Assembly (NCBI GenBank): GCA_037917625.1
Contig: JAVCBY010000042.1
Coordinates: forward strand, 1-10,968
DNA length: 10,968 bases
Source: Thermoproteota archaeon
GTDB taxonomy: Archaea; Korarchaeota; Korarchaeia; Korarchaeales; Korarchaeaceae
Direction: 5' to 3'
The stretch's first letter is position 1, and each line of letters starts with the position of its first letter. Made by a program: the position numbers and the translations under genes. The notes under the pieces are model-generated. The model saw only the letters and a program-made list of their open reading frames with translations, had not been told where the DNA came from and searched no databases. Positions 7,693 to 10,968 of this stretch are shown piece after piece.

Positions 7693-7737
7693 TATTTCCC
7701 CTCCAGCCCCGCAGATCTACCTACCCAATAAAAACCT

Positions 7738-8307
7738 TCAGGGCTCCCCCTGGGAGTAGCGACAACCCGCCAACAGCCTCGATACTATATCCACTATCCT
7801 AATCTGCTCCGGGATCTTGGATTCCACTACGTACTTCAGTATGATCCTCTCAGCCTCATCCTCAGTCAATCCGATGGTCGAGTAGAAGCACACCCCCTTG
7901 GGGGTCCTCAATGGGCTATATGAAGGGTTCCTCCTCACTATCTCGAGTTTTCCCATCATCCCAGCTGAGATAAGAGCTCTCTCTATCTCATCCGTCGGTG
8001 CCTTCGATGTGACAGCTATGAAAGGTATGCCAGTCTCATCGTAGAATCTGTTGACATCTAATACGTTCAAACCAGCGAAAGTAGTGCCCTGACTCATGAC
8101 TACTCTGACTTCCTCCCTCAGCTTAGGGCCCCTCACCATCCTTATCAGAGCGTCAGTGGAGTCATCGCCATCCACGGATATCCTCTCCCTCAGGGATAGT
8201 TCCATTATGAGATCCCTGAACATGAGCCCGACTAAGAATGTCTCAGAATCCTTCCCCCTCTCGAATGGGGAGTCATCGACCGCTAATATCCTACCCTTGA
8301 TGCGCAA
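7738..8307 (-). CDS. DUF99 family protein (endonuclease V-like fold)
   Basis: ILAVDDSPF, VDGDDST, FAGLNVLD, SKIPEQIRI recognised as the DUF99 pattern; TTG start; co-oriented with valS. Confidence 0.8.
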   Translation of the reverse strand: MRIKGRILAVDDSPFERGKDSETFLVGLMFRDLIMELSLRERISVDGDDSTDALIRMVRGPKLREEVRVVMSQGTTFAGLNVLDVNRFYDETGIPFIAVTSKAPTDEIERALISAGMMGKLEIVRRNPSYSPLRTPKGVCFYSTIGLTEDEAERIILKYVVESKIPEQIRIVDIVSRLLAGCRYSQGEP

Positions 8308-8362
8308 GCGGCATCAAGAGAACTACTGACCTCTTTATATTTTTCCATAACATCAAACCGGG

Positions 8363-9106
8363 ATGAGCTTAGAGGAACGCATGAGGAAGGAATCGGCTGA
8401 GAGGACCCTCCTAGCTGTACTACTCGATCCAGCTAAATTGGATGATGAGGGGGCTAGGAAGTTAGCTAGGGCAGCTTCAGATGGGGGAGCTGATCTGATA
8501 TTCGTCGGGGGATCTATAGGAGCTGGTTTCAGGTTAAATGAGGTAATATTGAGCATTAAGAGGGAATCCAATATACCGATAATCCTATTCCCAGGGAACG
8601 TCGATGGAGTATCCCCTCACGCTGATGCCATACTCTTCATGTCCCTCCTCAACTCAACTAATCCCTACTGGATAATACAAGCTCAAGCTTTAGCTGCGAT
8701 CCCGATAAGGAGGATGGGTCTAGAGGCCATACCTACAGCTTACCTCATAGTGGAGCCGGGGCAGAGGAGCGCCGCCGGCTGGGTGGGCTCAGTCAACCCA
8801 ATACCTAGGGATAAACCGGAGATAGCTTTAGCTTATGCTACAGCAGCTGAGATGCTCGGGATGAGGTGGATCTATCTAGAGGCAGGGAGCGGCGCTGAAG
8901 CTCCAGTACCACCTGAGATGGTGAGATTAGTTAGGGAGAGGACGAATCTCGGCATAATAGTCGGTGGAGGTCTCAGATCCCCTGAGCTAGTGAGGGAGAG
9001 AGCTGAAGCAGGGGCTAACGTAATAGTGGTGGGGACGCATATCGAAGAGGGAAGGGACGCCTTAGCTAGTGTAAAGGAGATGAAGGAGGCCCTGAGGAAG
9101 CGTTAA
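8363..9106 (+). CDS. Geranylgeranylglyceryl phosphate synthase (group II-like)
   Basis: LLDPAK, IFVGGS, ILFPGN, ADAILFMSLLNS, YLEAGSGA, VGGGLR, IVVGT. Confidence 0.93.
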   Translation: MSLEERMRKESAERTLLAVLLDPAKLDDEGARKLARAASDGGADLIFVGGSIGAGFRLNEVILSIKRESNIPIILFPGNVDGVSPHADAILFMSLLNSTNPYWIIQAQALAAIPIRRMGLEAIPTAYLIVEPGQRSAAGWVGSVNPIPRDKPEIALAYATAAEMLGMRWIYLEAGSGAEAPVPPEMVRLVRERTNLGIIVGGGLRSPELVRERAEAGANVIVVGTHIEEGRDALASVKEMKEALRKR

Positions 9107-9213
9107 TGAATGTATCTGATGTGAAGCTTCCATAAACTCTAGAGCGATCATCACATGATTTCTCAGTATTAAATATTGACTCGAGAGCTAACGTTCAGCG
9201 GGAGCTTGAGCGT

Positions 9214-9225
9214 AAAGCTTAATAT
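9214..9225 (+). promoter_or_regulatory. Putative BRE/TATA for tRNA-Gln
   Basis: AAAGCTTAATAT about 25-35 bp upstream of the tRNA 5' end. Confidence 0.45.
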
Positions 9226-9247
9226 TTGGTACTTCAGTGAACGATGA

Positions 9248-9320
9248 AGCCCCGTGGTGTAGCGGCCAAGCACGCCGGGCTCTGGACCCGGAGACCCCGG
9301 TTCGAATCCGGGCGGGGCTA
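9248..9320 (+). tRNA. tRNA-Gln(CTG)
   Basis: Acceptor AGCCCCG/CGGGGCT (A1-U72, typical of archaeal tRNA-Gln), anticodon arm CCGGG-CTCTGGA-CCCGG (CTG at 9282-9284), T-arm CCCGG-TTCGAAT-CCGGG; 73 nt, no intron. Confidence 0.96.
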
Positions 9321-9348
9321 CTCAATTCCTGCGAAGCTATCAAAATAG

Positions 9349-9422
9349 CGGGCCCGGGGGGCTTCGAACCCCCGACCCCCCGGTTAAGAGCCGGGTGCTC
9401 TACCATTCTGAGCTACGGGCCC
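9349..9422 (-). tRNA. tRNA-Lys(CTT)
   Basis: Minus strand reads GGGCCCG-TA-GCTC-AGAATGGTA-GAGC-A-CCCGG-CTCTTAA-CCGGG-GGGTC-GGGGG-TTCGAAG-CCCCC-CGGGCCC-G; 74 nt. Confidence 0.96.
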
Positions 9423-9454
9423 CTCCTCACTTAATGATGATGTAATAAAAAACC

Positions 9455-10591
9455 TTACGCTCGCTCAGCTAGCTCTACAGCGTACCTCACTGCCTCCTCA
9501 GCGGACTCCGTAGCCTTTATCCCTATCTCTTCTAGTACCCTCTTCCCTTCATCGGCTTGATTACCGCTCATCCTCACTACAACTGGGATCTTGAGTAATC
9601 CCTTTTCCTTAATAGATTTGACTCCGAGCGCTACTTCTAATGCGCTCGTGATACCGCACAAGGTGTTTATGAGGACGACGCTGACCCTCGGGTTAGAGAG
9701 TATTATCTCTAAAGCGTTAGCTACCCTCTCAGCTGAAGCCCCTCCCCCGATGTCGCAGAAGTTAGCTGGCTTACCGCCGAAAGTGTGGACTAAGTCCATA
9801 GTGGCCATAGCTAGACCAGCTCCATTGGCCATGGTCCCTATGTTACCGCTGAGCTCGACGTAAGCTATATCCCTCTTCCTCGCCTCATTCTCCCTCGGGT
9901 TCTCAGATGAGTAGTATCTTTTCTCGAATTCCCTATGCCTGAAGAGAGCGTTATCATCCACTTCTATCCTAGCATCTAATGCTACGAGCCTCCCATCCTT
10001 GGTCAAAGCTAGGGGATTTATCTCGATCATCATAGCATCATATTCGACGGCTATATCCCATAATGAAGTTATTATCCTCTGTATCTCATTCACCTTATCT
10101 GGGACGTTCTTAGCCGCATTTTTAGCTAGAGCTCTAGCTATATGGGATCTCATCCCTATGAGCGGGTGGACCGTCCTCTTCTCTATGGACTCAGGGTGGC
10201 TAATAGCTATCTCTTCAACGTCCATTCCCCCATAAGGTGTGGATATGAAAGTCATGCTCCTGGAATTCCTGTCAATTATCCCTCCAATATATATCTCAGT
10301 GACCACATCAACTGGTTCCTCAACTAGCAAGGAGCTTACCTCATATCCATAGAAAGTCCTTGAAAACAAATCCTTAGCTACTTCTCTCGCTTCATTTGGG
10401 GAATTGACTAGTTTTATTCCACCAGCTTTCCCTCTCTGCCCATGGGGTATCTGTACTTTAAGGACCCCCCTTCCCCCAAGTTTTTCAACAGCTGAGGAAG
10501 CTTCCTCAGGATCTCTAGCTAGGATTCCCCTCGGAATCGGTATACCTCTGGAGGCAAGGGCCTCCTTCGATTCATATTCTAGAAGCCTCAT
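9455..10591 (-). CDS. sucC: Succinyl-CoA ligase beta subunit (ATP-grasp)
   Basis: MRLLEYESK, KVQIPHGQRGKAGG, GGMDVEE, EINPL, DDNALFRH, NGAGLAMATMD, PANFCDIGGGA. Confidence 0.95.
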   Translation of the reverse strand: MRLLEYESKEALASRGIPIPRGILARDPEEASSAVEKLGGRGVLKVQIPHGQRGKAGGIKLVNSPNEAREVAKDLFSRTFYGYEVSSLLVEEPVDVVTEIYIGGIIDRNSRSMTFISTPYGGMDVEEIAISHPESIEKRTVHPLIGMRSHIARALAKNAAKNVPDKVNEIQRIITSLWDIAVEYDAMMIEINPLALTKDGRLVALDARIEVDDNALFRHREFEKRYYSSENPRENEARKRDIAYVELSGNIGTMANGAGLAMATMDLVHTFGGKPANFCDIGGGASAERVANALEIILSNPRVSVVLINTLCGITSALEVALGVKSIKEKGLLKIPVVVRMSGNQADEGKRVLEEIGIKATESAEEAVRYAVELAERA

Positions 10592-10606
10592 GATGCATCT
10601 AGGGAC

Positions 10607-10654
10607 TTAAATATCGATATTTTTAATATTTGACCCTCCCCGACTGGGAGGTGA
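10607..10654. promoter_or_regulatory. Divergent sucC/sucD promoter region with palindrome and sucD SD
   Basis: Perfect palindrome AAATATCGATATTT (10609-10622) flanked by TTAA boxes; SD GGAGGTGA at 10647-10654. Confidence 0.6.
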
Positions 10655-10658
10655 AAGC

Positions 10659-10968
10659 ATGGCGATATTAGTTAGGGAAGGAATGAGAGTACTAGTTCAG
10701 GGAATAACTGGAAGGCAGGGGACGATACACACGAAGCTAATGCTCGAATATGGGACGAAGGTAGTTGCAGGAGTCACTCCCGGGAAGTCGGGCGCAAAAG
10801 TATATGATGTGCCAGTTTTCGATTCAGTGGAGGAAGCAGTGAGGGAGAAGGGACCTATAGATGCATCCATAATCTTCGTCCCAGCCCCTTATGCGATGGA
10901 CGCCGTTATAGAGGCAGTTGATAACGCTATCCCATTAGTCGTAGTCATAACTTGGGGGATGAGGGAGA
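10659..10968 (+). CDS. sucD: Succinyl-CoA ligase alpha subunit, 3'-truncated (not in ORF track)
   Basis: Manual translation [45 protein letters not shown]...[18 protein letters not shown]...LVVVIT matches the SucD CoA-binding domain; strong SD; open to the window end. Confidence 0.95.
   Translation, partial: MAILVREGMRVLVQGITGRQGTIHTKLMLEYGTKVVAGVTPGKSGAKVYDVPVFDSVEEAVREKGPIDASIIFVPAPYAMDAVIEAVDNAIPLVVVITWGMRE

Noticed and set aside
9248-9422. tRNA genes as integration sites for an island or provirus
   Set aside because: No duplicated tRNA 3' end, integrase or compositional shift seen; flanks are housekeeping genes.
9188-9434. ORFs 9188-9406 (-) and 9237-9434 (+)
   Set aside because: They are translations across the two tRNA genes.
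9434-9440. ATGATGA as box C of a C/D sRNA
   Set aside because: No box D (CTGA) at a suitable distance on that strand.

Overview
Gene-dense archaeal housekeeping region with no mobile element. PolD, a GGGP synthase, a D-loop tRNA intron and AGG-rich coding suggest a Korarchaeum-like lineage (inference). Order: 5'-truncated ECF transporter ATPase and EcfT (+); a 250-bp repeat-rich, AT-rich gap resembling a replication origin; orc1/cdc6 (+); PolD small subunit DP1 (-); GPN-loop GTPase (-); tRNA-Ser(CGA) with a 19-nt intron (+); valS (-); DUF99 protein (-); GGGP synthase (+); tRNA-Gln(CTG) (+); tRNA-Lys(CTT) (-); sucC (-) and a divergent, 3'-truncated sucD (+) missing from the ORF track. Main points of interest: a candidate oriC built from a non-canonical origin recognition box (ORB; GGAGT[T/G]GAA instead of TCCAGTGGAA), a related motif upstream of DP1, the intron splitting G18/G19 of tRNA-Ser, and head-to-head sucC/sucD around a perfect palindrome.
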